DNA of 64,000 nt from Octopus vulgaris (Eukaryota): assembly GCA_951406725.2 (NCBI GenBank), contig OX597824.1:5580001-5644000 (forward strand), written 5' to 3'. Below the pieces are notes generated by a model. That model was not told where the DNA came from, did no database searches, and worked only from the letters and a program-made list of their open reading frames with translations. A program made the position numbers and the translations under genes. Positions 25,987 to 39,099 of this stretch are shown piece by piece (within the stretch, counting starts at the first letter, position 1; every line of letters starts with the position of its first letter).

Positions 25987-26182
25987 GAGAGTGAGTGAGA
26001 GAGAGAGAGAGAGAGAGAGTAGTTGTATACTGTCAACTTAATGTGACAGTCCCATGAAGGGAATCACACCACTGCTATTTAGGGCTAGGATGGATCAACG
26101 CTTCCTGTCGGCCTTCACACATTTCCTGTGTCCTTATGTTTACAAAGGGGAGAGAAGCACCCCCACCCAGCTAAGCCTGCAC

Positions 26183-26222
26183 CCAGAGACTAGTTTCTGA
26201 GTCTTGCTCGTCATCAGTCTGG
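26183..26222 (-). ncRNA. Minimal type I hammerhead ribozyme
   Basis: Minus strand CCAGA-CUGAUGA-cGAG caaga CUCa-GAAA-CUA-GUC-UCUGG: 5-bp stem I, palindromic ACUAGU stem III and a GUC cleavage triplet. Confidence 0.8.
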
Positions 26223-26349
26223 AGTAGCATGGCCTGCTAGCCGGAGATGCTTGTCTAGGCCCTGTAAACATATAAGAATTCTAGTGAAATAAATCCACTG
26301 ATTACACATTCTTAATATATCATATATAATATATAATATGTAATATACC

Positions 26350-26749
26350 CTTTACTCTTTTACTCTTTTACTTGTTTCAGTCATTTGACAGCGGCCATGC
26401 TGGAGCACTGCTTTTAATCGAGCAACTCGACCCCGGGACTTATTCTTTGTAAGCCCAGTACTTATTCTATCGGTCTCTTTTGTCGAACCGCTAGGTGACG
26501 GGGACATAAACACACCAGCATCGATTGTCAAGCAATGCTAGGGGGACAAACACAAACATACACGCACGCATATATATACATATATATGACGGGCTTCTTT
26601 CAGTTTCCGTCTACCAGATCCACTCACAAGGCTTTGGTCGGCCCGAGGCCATAGTAGAAGACACTTGCCCAAGGTGCCACGCAGTGGGACTGAACCCGGA
26701 ACCATGTGGCTGGTAAACAAGCTACTTACCACACAACCACTCCTACGCC
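26350..26749 (-). mobile_element. SINE family A, full length
   Basis: Reverse complement of the 22326 copy, with an intact head (ggttccgggttcagtccc). Confidence 0.9.
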
Positions 26750-26774
26750 TATATATATACATATATAATATCTA

Positions 26775-26838
<64 letters not shown>

Positions 26839-27091
26839 TTTACACACAAACATCATTATCATCATTGTCGTCATCATTTGTGTGGTTGCTCTTACGTCAT
26901 GAAGCAGCTGACGTTTCATGAGTTAACACGCTTATCAAGCTTAAGCTGGATTTAGCTAGTTTATCTTGTTTTTCATCCTTTCGGTATCGATAAAAATAAA
27001 ATAATAAATCAATTACTGGATGTAATCAACTTATCCATCCCCTAATAAACTTTGCTGGTTTTGTGCCAACATTAGACAGAATAATAATAGC

Positions 27092-27150
<59 letters not shown>

Positions 27151-27177
27151 TGATGATACGGACAAAAAAGAAGCCAA

Positions 27178-27960
27178 CTCCTGTACGTGGATGACTTTAC
27201 GCTAAAAGCACTATAGAAAGAGAAAGCTTATCAAAATTGTTCAGAATGTGAGCAATGACATCGGAATGATCATGGGTCTGGACAAATGTGTCGAAGTCAC
27301 ACTAAGGAGAGGCAAATTATTCAGCACTGAAAACACTGCACTCGATATAAAGACAGTGATTAGATAATTACACCACAAACACCCATACAAATATCCAGGA
27401 AGAGAAGAAACAGCTAAAATACAACACGCAGAAATGAAAGCGAAAATTAGGAGAGGGTATTAGAGAAGAGTTAGACTAATATTAAATGCTGAACTTAATG
27501 TTAAAAATAAGATAATTGGGATAAACATGCTAAGCATACCAGTCATGAATTACAGCTTTAACATAATAAACTGGAAGATCAGTGGATTGAGAAACCTAGA
27601 TAGGAAAACCAGAAAACTACTAACAGTGTCCCGAAGTCATCACCCCGAAGCAGGCGCAGACAGAATGTATCTACCCCACTCAGAGGGAGGCCATAGCCAG
27701 ATACAGATAGAAAACTACTATAAAATAACAACAGTTGGCTTCGACTTTCACTCTGTTAGACGAATGTATCTACCCCACTCAGAGGGAGGCCATAGCCAGA
27801 TACAGATAGAAAACTACTATAAAATAACAACAGTTGGCTTCGACTTTCACTCTGATTGCTTTTAAAGGAGAGTGAAAATAGGAATTCTTCTCGTGTTACA
27901 AACAAATGCTTGAATATCGGGAACAGCTTCCACTTGAAGCCAATGAAGATGAATATATAC
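27178..27960 (+). pseudogene. Decayed R4/Dong-type RT fragment following (TAA)n
   Basis: LLYVDD.., DIGM..GLDKC, ELNVKNKI, YSFNIINW..LDRKTRKLLT..HHP..DRMYLPHSEGG. (TAA)n lies at 27080-27150. Confidence 0.8.
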
Positions 27961-29428
27961 ACTGTGAGGCTCTATAGTGGTAATATTTCTTCAAATCTTA
28001 CACTATTAGAAAACGTCAGTCACACTGCGTAATGCAAATACAAATATACAAAGATAGCGAGACGACCATGGCTGGTAATCGCTTAATCAAAGGAGTGCAC
28101 AATCTAGCTTCACCTCTGACTACACAAGTATAACAACAAGAGAAACAACACAAACAACAACCACAACGAGAATAACAATAACGGGAATAACAATAATAAC
28201 AACCAATAATAACAACATTAGCGACAACAATTACAGGAATGATAATAAACAAAATACGAATAAAAAAGCATTATAATAAAATAGACAAATAAGATACTAA
28301 GAATGACATTGACGATGATGATGATGATGATGTTTGAGGCAATAAGAAAAGTAGTGATGGCAAAAAACGGAAGCGAAAACGTATATCTGCAGGAGCTCTA
28401 AGTGCGCGGATATTCTTGGGAGTTGAATATCATAGTCGAAATATAAATCGAATTACGATCATATATCTCTAGGGATTCAAAAGAAATATACAAAAAAGTA
28501 AATATGGCGACATCTCCAATACGAAAATCTTCTAGACATCTTCGCAACAAGATTTTGAAAATAGAATAATCTACTGGTTTTGTACAGAACCTGAAATTGT
28601 TACAACATGAAGGAGAAATTTTAGTAATCCAAAGACACACACGGAAACATTAAATTCATATCTTCTCTTATTTCATTTGTTTGTGTCGGATATGTCAGCC
28701 TTTTTCGCTACACAGTTGCTGCAGCCTGGCTGTAAATAATGTTCCCCTGTATCAATGTAGTTCTATTGAATGTTTCCGGTAACGGATAAACTACGTGAAG
28801 AACGCACTTTTTTTATTAATAAATTGGACTTTCAAGGCCCGAGCATTAAAAAACTTTAAGGCATTCATTCTCTATGAAGGCAAGTAATTTCGTGAAGGCA
28901 GTAGCTATGTTACTACCAGCTATGACCTCTTCAGTGAGATTTTCCTAAAACTTTGTAGAATGTATTTGATATAACTATTGACAGATGTGAAGAATAGATT
29001 TAGTTATGCTTGGACTGTGAGACGATCTTGCTGTTAGATACGTACAGGCCTAACCCAAATAGATTTCCTGCAAAACGGTCACAGCCCAAGTGTTTCCGAC
29101 AGTTAATAAAATGTATCTATAGTGATGAACGATATTTAAAATTTCACTGCCTCAAAATAGCAAGGACAAAAGTAACGCCAGCAAAACCAATCCTAGTAAT
29201 CAATATCGATACGTAACTTGTTGAAAACAGATACCAACAAACATTGCATCGAAAGAAATGATAGAAATTATTGAAGAGCCATTCTATAGAAATATAAATG
29301 TTTTCTGTTCTTTCATTTTATTTAGCAAGATCTAAATTACTACCCGTTTCTTTATTTATGTTACTCCTGTTTCACTTATATGTTTTCATTTACAGTTCAT
29401 TTAAATTAATCTATCATTTTATACCTAA

Positions 29429-29822
29429 CAAGCAGTATCGCCCGGCGTTGCTCGGGTTTGTAAGGGAAATAACTATATAAGCATTTTTAGAGATGTAAAG
29501 TATAATAGCCATCTCAATATGGCTGACCACAAAGGGAGGTGTTACTGTAGCTTTTTACGTTCTGAGATTTAATAATACATTTTTAGAGAGTTACTTCCCT
29601 TATATAATAGCAAAACATGCATTAAGAATGGAAAAAATTGATGGTAATTTTTTTTTTAAATCGTAGACTCATCCTAGACTCGCGCTAATACCCAGAGGGG
29701 CTCGATATGAATCACGACTATAAGATACCCGCTTTTGGTTACACTGCACTGCAAAATGTGGGAGTAGTTACGAATCTAAATCGTAGGAGACAGACACACA
29801 ACTTCACTTTTATATATAAAGA
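29429..29822 (-). mobile_element. Non-autonomous Helitron-like element
   Basis: The minus strand starts A|TCtttatatataaaagtgaagttgtgtgtctgtc and ends with hairpin cccgagcaacgccggg, then CTTG|T (one base from CTAG). The target is A|T with no TSD. Confidence 0.7.
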
Positions 29823-30392
29823 TGAACCATTTTTTTCTATATCACCAGTATTTCCCTGTCCCTATGAATCGCTTCTTTCACAAAGCACAATTTTTAAAGA
29901 AGAATCATATTTTGAAACAGTCCTTCCTAGTTTTAGTTATAATTTCATCAACCGAAAAAAGAATCTACTTCATTTGATTGGCAACTTTCTGCAGAATAAA
30001 ACATGGTATCCTGCCTCGTTTTATAGAAAGTCACTTATATCCAACTGACTATTCTTAATGTCTTATTTCCGCCCTGGGGAAAAGGGAAACATGATAATAT
30101 TTATGACCATACTTAGCCTTAAGCTGTCAACTCACTCTTGCTCTTTATTAATCAAAGACACACTCTTCTAGTTTTAGATTTTGTAGTTGATGAGCGATAA
30201 ATGAATTGGAAATGAATTACAAATCTTACGACCCTATGACCCCACTGTGTTCCATGCGATTCTTAGAAATTGTAGTCTATTCTTAGCTACAATAGCACAA
30301 CATGAATTTCTTCCATCTTCTTGCTCTGTTAAAATATTTAAGAAAAATTATATTAATGTGTCCTACTTCTAAAATTCCATTTATTTATTTGT

Positions 30393-30465
30393 GCAGCTGA
30401 AGATGTCACTGATGTAATGATTGCACTGTTCAATTAAATGGAGCCGCTTGAAACGGTCGTACTGT
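30393..30465 (+). ncRNA. Degenerate hammerhead-like motif
   Basis: GCAG-CUGAAGA-(long, poorly paired stem II)-GAAA-CGGUC-GUA-CUGU. Confidence 0.4.
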
Positions 30466-30511
30466 GTTAGTACTTGATATCCTGTTGCTTATTTTGATTA
30501 TATATATATTA

Positions 30512-30669
30512 TATAGAGGGTACTATTGTTCATAGGTGCCGCACGCTAGGAGGGTCTCTTGCAGTCAAAACTACTATAATAAACAAATTGTACCGAATGC
30601 AAAACTTCAAAGCGAGTCATTTAAAAACAGAATTTAGTTACATATCACCTGTGATTTCGCAATCAATGC

Positions 30670-30672
<3 letters not shown>
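30512..30672. mobile_element. Truncated single-arm copy of the 10634 foldback family in (TA)n
   Basis: tatagagggtacta..cgcacgctaggaggg..gttacatatcacctgtgatttcgcaatcaatgcaga. It breaks inside HHR stem II into (TA)n. Confidence 0.9.
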
Positions 30673-30761
<89 letters not shown>

Positions 30762-31229
30762 ATATATGTATGAATGTGTATGTGTGTGTGTGTGTGTATG
30801 AGAAATGTGAATTTATGATCGGGATAGCATGTTTTGTTTGCGTACGTGCATGTCTCTGTGTGAGAAAGAAAGAAACATTATTATCACTATTTCTGTAATA
30901 TATTTGTTGTGATTGTTTTGCATTTATATTTCTTCAGGAATAATTATATAGTTATTTTAATCGACTCTAATACGATAACGGTTCGATAAGATAATAATCA
31001 TTATCATACAAAAATATCGATTCATTCAGTTCACTATACGCGTCCGATAAATGCTTTATCTTGTATTAATATAAGAAATCGGTATCATTAATAATACAAG
31101 CAATGGAAGATTGTGCGTCGAACAAAATTCCATACAGTTATCCGGTTACGTGACCCCTGTTTCTAATAGCGCAATCTTTTGTAAAATTTAGAATCCCTTA
31201 GAAATTTTATTATCACTAACTCCGTTAAC

Positions 31230-31820
31230 GTGGCGAGCTGGCAGAAACGTTAGCATGCCGGGCGAAATGATTAGCAGTATTTCGTCTGTTGTTACGTTCT
31301 GAGTTCAAATTCCGCCGTGGTCGACTTTGCCTTTCATCCTTTCGGGGTCGATAAATTAAGTACCAGTAACGCACTGGGGTCGATATAATCGACTTAATCC
31401 GTCTGTCTGTCCTTGTTTGTCCTCTGTGTGTTTAGCCCCTTGAGGATAGTAAAGAAATAGGTAGTTCGTCTGCTGTTACGTTCTGAGTTCAAATTCCACC
31501 GAGGTCGACTTTGCCTTTCATCCATTCGGGGTCGATTAAATAAGTACCAGTTACGCACTGGGTCGATATAATCGACTTATTCCGTCTGTCTGTCCTTGTT
31601 TGTCCTCTCTGTGTTTAGTCCCTTGTGGGTAGTAAAGAAACAGGTATTTCGTCTGCCGCTACGTTCTGAGTTCAAATTCCACCGCGGTCGACTTTGCCTT
31701 TCATCCATTCGGGGTCGATTAAATAAGTACCAGTTGCGCACTGAGGTCGATATAATCGACTATAATGACTTAACCCCTTCCCCCAAGTTGCTGCCCTTTT
31801 GGCAAAATTGGAAACCATTA
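31230..31820 (+). mobile_element. SINE family B trimer (one head, three tandem bodies)
   Basis: ttctgagttcaaattcc..tcgactttgcctttcatcc..aagtaccagt repeats at ~31297, ~31482 and ~31664. Confidence 0.9.
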
Positions 31821-32060
31821 TCACTTATGCTATTTATTAGTTCAAAGCAAGATATTTATTAGGCGTTAGTTAATTTAGGAAACAGCCACACGAGACCTTG
31901 GGCCTATTTATCCCATGTATCCAAGTATTAACGAAAACAACATCCAATGGAATCAAGAAGGTTAAACGCTTGAACTAAATTCCGTCAGATATTACTACTT
32001 TATGCTATTTTCTGCATTTTTTGGAATAACCATTTCTATTGTACGATCTTCAAATATATT

Positions 32061-32298
32061 TTTTACTCTTTTACTTGTTTCAGTCGTTTGACTGTGGCCA
32101 GCACCGCCTTTAGTCGAGCAAATCGACCCCAGGACTTATTCTCTGTAAGCCTAGTATTTATTCTATCGGTCTCTTTTGCCGAACCGCTAAGTTACGGGGA
32201 CGTAAACGCAGCAGCATCGGTTGTCAAGCGATATTGCGGGGACAAACGCAGACACGCAAACATACACACGCACACACAAACACATTCCCACACACACT

Positions 32299-32330
<32 letters not shown>

Positions 32331-32491
32331 CGCCGGGCTTCTTTCAGTTTCCGTCTACCAAATCCACTCACAAGACCTTAGTCAGCCCAAGGCTATATTA
32401 GAAGACACTTGCCCAAGGTGTCACGCTGTGGGACTGAACCTGTAACCATGTGGTTGGTAAGCAAGCTACTTACCACACAGCCACTCCTACG
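32061..32491 (-). mobile_element. SINE family A with candidate TSD
   Basis: Flanks are tacgatcttcaaatatattt (32042-32061) and tacgatcttaaaatacattt (32488-32507). Confidence 0.9.
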
Positions 32492-33014
32492 ATCTTAAAA
32501 TACATTTGTAATAACCGCTTTTTATTGTACGATTTCAAAATATTTTTGCCAGTTTATAGTAAAAAAAGTAAATGTTATGATGCGACTATTAGATGGCAGA
32601 ATTGCAAGCTCCGTCAGAATTCCTTTAAGGATTTAGTTATAACTCTTTTAATTTTGAATTGCATTTCCTCTGAGTTGATATTTACCTTTCAACTTTGGTG
32701 TCTATAATTTATGTAGCAGTTATAACTTGAATAGATTAAATCATCTGCACGCACTCGACCAAAATTATTACCCTTTTAGCCAAATTTGAAATCATTTTTA
32801 TATTAGCTGATGATATTGATGTCTATGTTCCATCTTTTTTCATTGTTATCAAGCGAAAATAGTAAATTACGCGAACCTGGATCAATAACAAAGCAATGAT
32901 ATGGCTATTTATCTTTTCTTTCTTATTATAGGCTTTGACTCTTTAATACTATAGAACTTGTACATTTTCTTGGAATCAAATTATATACCATTTCTCATCA
33001 TCAATCCAAACAGA

Positions 33015-33360
33015 GGGAGAGAGAGAGTGAGAAAGGGGAAGAGAGAGAGAGCGAGAGAAAGAGAGAAAGAATGGACGAGAGTGAGAAAGTGGAAAAGAGA
33101 AAGAGCGAGAGAAAGAGAGAAAGAATTGACGAGAGTGAGAAAGAGGGAAAGAGAGAGAGCGAGAGAAAGAGAGAAAGAATGGACGAGAGTGAGAAAGAGG
33201 GAAAAGAGAGAGAGCGAGAGAAAGAGAGAAAGAATGGACGAGAGTGAGAAAGAGGAAAAGAGAGAGAGCGAGAGAAAGAGAGAAAGAATGGACGAGAGTG
33301 AGAAAGAGGAAAAGAGAGAGAGAGCGAGAGAAAGAGAGAAAGAATGGACGAGAGTAAGAG
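33015..33360. repeat. Purine-rich minisatellite, ~54-bp unit, ~6 copies
   Basis: The unit gagagtgagaaagagggaaagagagagagcgagagaaagagagaaagaatggac recurs every 54-56 bp. Confidence 0.9.
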
Positions 33361-33872
33361 GGAGGGGCAGAGGTAAAATAAATACAATCAAAAGGATAAA
33401 GGAGAAAAATAAATATACCCAACCGCAAAATGCCAGGCTATTTTCTGATATAGCTTTACATAGCGTCATCTTTGAAATATCAAAAAAAAAAAATAAATAA
33501 AGAAAAAAAAGGAATACAGAAAAAGAAGACGATAATAAATAGGAACACAAACGCAATACATCTCTTGATCTCGATCCAATCAAAGTCATGAACAGAAGAA
33601 ATAATGTTTGGAAAAGATCTGTTCCCATGTTACGTATTCTTGTGGTTTCTTCGTAAGCCAGTGGAAGTATGCCTTTGTGATACCTACACACGTACACGTG
33701 AATCGAAAGTCAACTCATCAAAATGCCGAATTGTATCATTATTTAACATCAAGACTATAGTAGTGGATTGGTAGAATTCTTAAATCATCGGGCAAATTGT
33801 CCAACAATAGAAAGTTCTTTATGTTCTGATTCCAAATACGACAGAAGTTAATTTTACTTATAATCTTAAAAT

Positions 33873-34026
33873 GGCGTAGGAGTGGCAAGTAGTTTGCTTA
33901 TCAAACACATAGTTCCGGGATCAGTTCCTTTGCGTGGCACCTTGGGCAAGTGTCTTCTACTATAGCCTCGGGCCAACCAAAGCCTTGTGAGTGGATTTTG
34001 TAGGCGGAAACTGAGAGAAACCCGTC

Positions 34027-34092
<66 letters not shown>

Positions 34093-34320
34093 GTGTGTGT
34101 GTGTGTGTATATGCTTTGTGTCAGTGTTTGTTCCCCCAACACCGCTTGACAACCGATGCTGGTGTGTTTACGTCCCCGTGACTTAGCGGTTCAGCAAAAG
34201 AGACCGATATAATAAGTATTAGGCTTACACAAAATAAGTCCTGGGGTCGGTTTGCTCTACTAAAGGTGGTGCTCCAGCATGGCCACAGTCAAATGACTGA
34301 AACGAATAAAATAGTAAAAA
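33873..34320 (+). mobile_element. SINE family A with an expanded internal (TA)n
   Basis: Head ggcgtaggagtggc, block caccttgggcaagtgtctt and tail aaatgactgaaac. Confidence 0.9.
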
Positions 34321-34986
34321 ACTGCTATCATGAATGTAATATGCTCTCTCCTTTCAAAATTGTAGGCCTTGAACCCAAATCAAAATGAATTATTTAGCTT
34401 TATTAACAAAGTAATGTAATTAGAAACAGCAGAAACTCTTGTATAAAAATGAAAAAAAAATCCTTTTAAGGATATTAGGGCTCCGTCAAAAGGCATTTAA
34501 TAAAGATCTTTACACGCACTATTTTCAGGCATAGAAAATGTATATGGCAAATGGAAAGATATTTGTATATTTCTCAGTAAACAGTTCGATCTTGAGAAAA
34601 CATGAAGTATGCTGAGTCGGTAATAAGTGATTATAAACTGGTGAAAAGGTTACTGAAATGTTTTTGCATGAAGACTGAGAAACTACTAATTAATGTTTAA
34701 GAGACAATTCGTCGCCAAAGATGGTTGTTTTCTGATTGTGGTGCATGGAAAGAAGAAAAGTAGCGATGGGAAGAGAAATTGAAGAAGAAAGTAATGAAAA
34801 GCAATGGAAGATTAAATAGAATATAATGAATAACGAGTCACCGGGTGAAATCTGTTGGATGGGAGATAAATTACGAAATCGTCAGCAGTTTAGGAACGAA
34901 TGAGAGAACGGGTTGCTGTTCCCGATTTGGAAAAAGCAAAGTCGGCAGTCTAATAATTAAAACAAGTAAAATATAAAACAGGAAGT

Positions 34987-35043
<57 letters not shown>

Positions 35044-35066
35044 ATCTATCTATCTATCTATCTATA

Positions 35067-35109
<43 letters not shown>

Positions 35110-35174
35110 GGGAGGCAAAAACCTTTCTCTATGTTATCGGGTTGAAAAAGTTTTAAGACACTAAGATGTTAATA

Positions 35175-35519
35175 CGCTGTTTCGATTCTCAGACCGGGCA
35201 TCATGAGTGTTTATTGAGCGAAAACACTTAAAGCACCACGAGGCTCCGGCAGGTGGTAGTGTACTTTTTCACTCACTCTTTCTTCCTGTTTTCTGTTGTA
35301 TTTACGTAATAGTTCCTGTATTTTAAAGGGGCCCTTTAAAATACAGGTACAACAGAAACAGGAAGAAAGAGTGAGTGAAAAAGTACACTACCACCTGCCG
35401 GAGCCTCGCGGTGCTTTAAGTGTTTTCGCTCAATAAACACTCATGATGCCCGGTCTGAGAATCGAAACAGCGATCCTCCGACCGCGAGACCACTGCCCTA
35501 ACCACTGGGCCATTGCACC
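35175..35519. mobile_element. Tail-to-tail palindromic duplication of a family C SINE
   Basis: The minus copy 35332-35519 has a complete tRNA head; the plus copy 35175-35330 is 5'-truncated. The centre is cctgtattttaaaggg-g-ccctttaaaatacagg. Confidence 0.85.
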
Positions 35520-35712
35520 TACACACACATTGGAATGAAGGATAGTAGGATCCCGAAGCAGATATGCATGCATGCATACATACATACATACATATATACA
35601 AACATACATACATACATACATGCATACATACATACACACATACACACACACACACGCACGCACACACACGCACAAACACACAGACATACATATATATATG
35701 TGTGTGTATGTA

Positions 35713-36021
35713 TATAATTTAGAGAAAAACCACCATTAAACAATTCAATAAAGAAAGATGTTATTCACACCATATAGAAAACATATACTATAAAAGCATC
35801 CTTATTTTAAGTCAATAAAGTATAATAAATAATAAATAAAATGACTACTGTTTACTATTTGTATAGTATATGCTTTCTATATGGTGTGAATAACATCCTT
35901 CTTTATTGAATTGCTTAATGGTGGTTTTTCTTTAAATTATACACATATATTATATATTGGGAAATTTAATTTAAAATTGTTAAATTGAATTTTTCCCTGT
36001 AAGTTTTGGAATTATATTCCC
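35713..36021. mobile_element. Foldback element with tail, between microsatellites
   Basis: Arms 35713-35792 / 35862-35941. The tail (ttttccctgtaagttt.gga.t..attccc) is homologous to ~112-210. Confidence 0.8.
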
Positions 36022-36023
36022 TA

Positions 36024-36232
<209 letters not shown>

Positions 36233-38674
36233 ATATAATTTGTAATGTAGCTAGATATTGTATCTCAGTATGATTCGTAGAAGGAAAATAATCCCAAAGC
36301 TGAAATTATCAATTAATTATGAATATTGTTCATTTGAATAATGATAGTTTGAATTAACTATACTAATTTAATAGGTTTTGTGAGGAAACTACAAAGATAA
36401 TCATTGAAAGCATATCACACGTGTGTAATAAATATTAAAAAAATAAAGTGTGTTTACCATTATTTCTATTGGGATTAGATAACAATGATTGTAAGTAATA
36501 CAGGTACTTATTTCTTATATTAAGAAACGATGGATTAAATTCATATCTCTTGAGTGACACAATCACAGGATACGGCACCTGTCATATTATTACTACAAAT
36601 TAAATACGGCAGTGTTCGTCTACTTCTGTTGCAATGTATTGTAAAGCTTTGTCAGGTTAGTAGACAAAATTCCAAACAGTCTTTAATCCCGGCCTTTCCT
36701 GTTCTAAATTCAAACCTCACCGAAGTCGAATTTTGTATCGTTTTGGGGTTGACAAAATATAGTACTACGAAAGTAGTGGCTTGTGTTATATCGACTATCC
36801 GCCCTCTCCATGTTGATAACCTTGTACCGACGTGAAAGATCAACTTTATCCTTCCGAGGTCAGAAAATTATATCAGATAAGAAATGGACGAGATTTAATC
36901 AACTGCCCCCTCTTTCAAAATGTGTCTCGACTTTTACTCTCTCTAAGTGGTCAGTTTCCGTCATCTCGCCAGGGCCGTCATGGACCGCGCAAACACCGGC
37001 TTAGAACATCGCCGTACAACCTGCGGACTCGTCAATCAGTTCTGAGGCTCTAACACACCGTTCAAAGGATGATGTATACAAGTGCAAGAATGTGATCGAC
37101 ATGGACTGATAACCTACGCTGACAAGAAATTCATCGTTCACACCCTCAGTTGTTGGCCCCTTTCACTATTACGGGAGATGAATCAATGTTTTCCCCATCC
37201 TCTCGAGCCGGCAATATTTCCCTATCCTCTCTGACGTGCGTGAAAATATCTACAGTATAGCCTGCGTGCAGTTCCGAACATATCAGATCATTGCAGTCCT
37301 ACCACGAGTAGCTTTTCTGTCGCTCGAGCTTTTAAGATGACCTGAGTTTGCCAACCGACTTGGCCGGAACGCGATGGCGTGTAGCAGCCAGGCTTGCAAA
37401 GGACGAGTATCCCGGTTCGCTGCAGCTGTCCCGCAAATATGGGAGAATATTAAACCAATATATCTCAGTTTTCAAAAATATCAAGGATTGATATTGATAA
37501 GGAAATGGAAATACTGTTCAAGAGAAGGAATAACGTTTGCTGTTGGCGCTAGCAATAGAATATTCAATGCCCAACCCCATGTCATTCCAGAAGATTTTTA
37601 ACCGTTAATCACAGCTTCATATTATATAACCAATTTTGAGCAATTGCCATGGCACTACGGGAATTCCATAATCAACTGGGTAACAAGGTCTCAAAAATAT
37701 ACCCCGTCTCTATAGGATATATCTAAAGCAAATCGACTGGGAGGAAATGCAACTTTTTCAAAGTGCATGTCAAGTTCACTTCAGAAATATATCAGATGAA
37801 ATGCTAATCCTTGTGCGGGTAAGAAACGGTGACGAACTGTTTATCCATCTTAACACCGTATAAAGAGTGGTGGATTTATCCTTTAAGAAACACGAGGGTG
37901 AGTCAGAAAGTAACATAATTTTCATTTGCTTTCCTCTCTGACTTACGTTCGTATATTTCCTCATCATATTAAATATACATTACTAGTAGAGCCATATGCA
38001 TTTGCACAGCTTCCGCTGCCCTATATCGTCTTGGTACGATGCAGTAATGTAAAATCGTCGAGTGACTCTTTGCCACGATATTAGCAATTTTAACGATATG
38101 GCTTGGATAGGCATTCTCTTGAGACCAGATGGACTAATCAATAGTTTAACGAATGTACAGGAAAAGGGAAATAAATGACTTTATTTATTACACTTGTGCG
38201 AGATAAATAAATATCGATCCGTTAAATAAAGTGTGCCATTATGCCTTCTAACATTCATTGGTGGAAACTAACTAGAACTCATAAATACATTCCTTTGCAA
38301 TATTTATTATCAAAGTTTTATTAATTGTATGCGTTCCCAGACATTTCTGTTTTAATATTTACAACCCATAGAAATTTTATGCCGTCTTAATGCATTTGTT
38401 GATAATGTCCATTCAATTTCCTCTTCCCTCATTCGCATTCTCTGTCGCATGAATGGACGCAGAGAGCCACAAAGCCAGGAACTCGCAGATACAACGAAAG
38501 GAATCATCAATTTTCAACGAATAAAAATAATCAATTACTACAAGAATTTAGGACTCTTCTTACTGTTTGTACAGCAAATATAAATATGTTTGTGCATGCG
38601 TTGAGTGTGTTTACATATGTATGTGTATATATGCAGGCATGATTGTGTACGTATGTATGCATGCATGTATGTAT

Positions 38675-38744
<70 letters not shown>

Positions 38745-38852
38745 CATATAAATATATACATATCTATTGTGTATATATGTATGTATTATCTGTAATAAAT
38801 ACGTACATATATAATATATATGTATATATCTATCTATATGCATACATATATA

Positions 38853-38901
<49 letters not shown>

Positions 38902-39099
38902 GTATACACATACATACACGTGTCTGTGTGTGTACTTAACAAATGCATATCAGCATAATTTTTTCTAATAGAATTTTCGTTTTGATATTTTGATATACAA
39001 ACTAAATAACTGAATAAACCAATACAGATAAAGAGCATAATTTAGAAAGCCCACGGGAGTGGGGACCATGCAGTAAGCGATTTACCAAATGATTCGGAG

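Noticed and set aside
28865-28940. Minus-strand CUGAAGA..GAAA motif
   Set aside because: No stem III, cleavage triplet or stem I is in register.
31230-31820. Regularly spaced repeats as a CRISPR-like array
   Set aside because: The units are whole SINE bodies without unique spacers, in eukaryotic context.
32803-32875. CUGAUGA..GAAA hammerhead-like spacing
   Set aside because: There is no stem I pairing and stem III is unconvincing; this is expected by chance in AT-rich DNA.
32958-33697. R/E/K-rich 180-aa ORF and antisense ORFs
   Set aside because: They are fully explained by the purine minisatellite.
36860-37460. GC-richer segment possibly from a Gypsy integrase end
   Set aside because: Only a short HVDHIL-like peptide supports it, which is not enough for a call.
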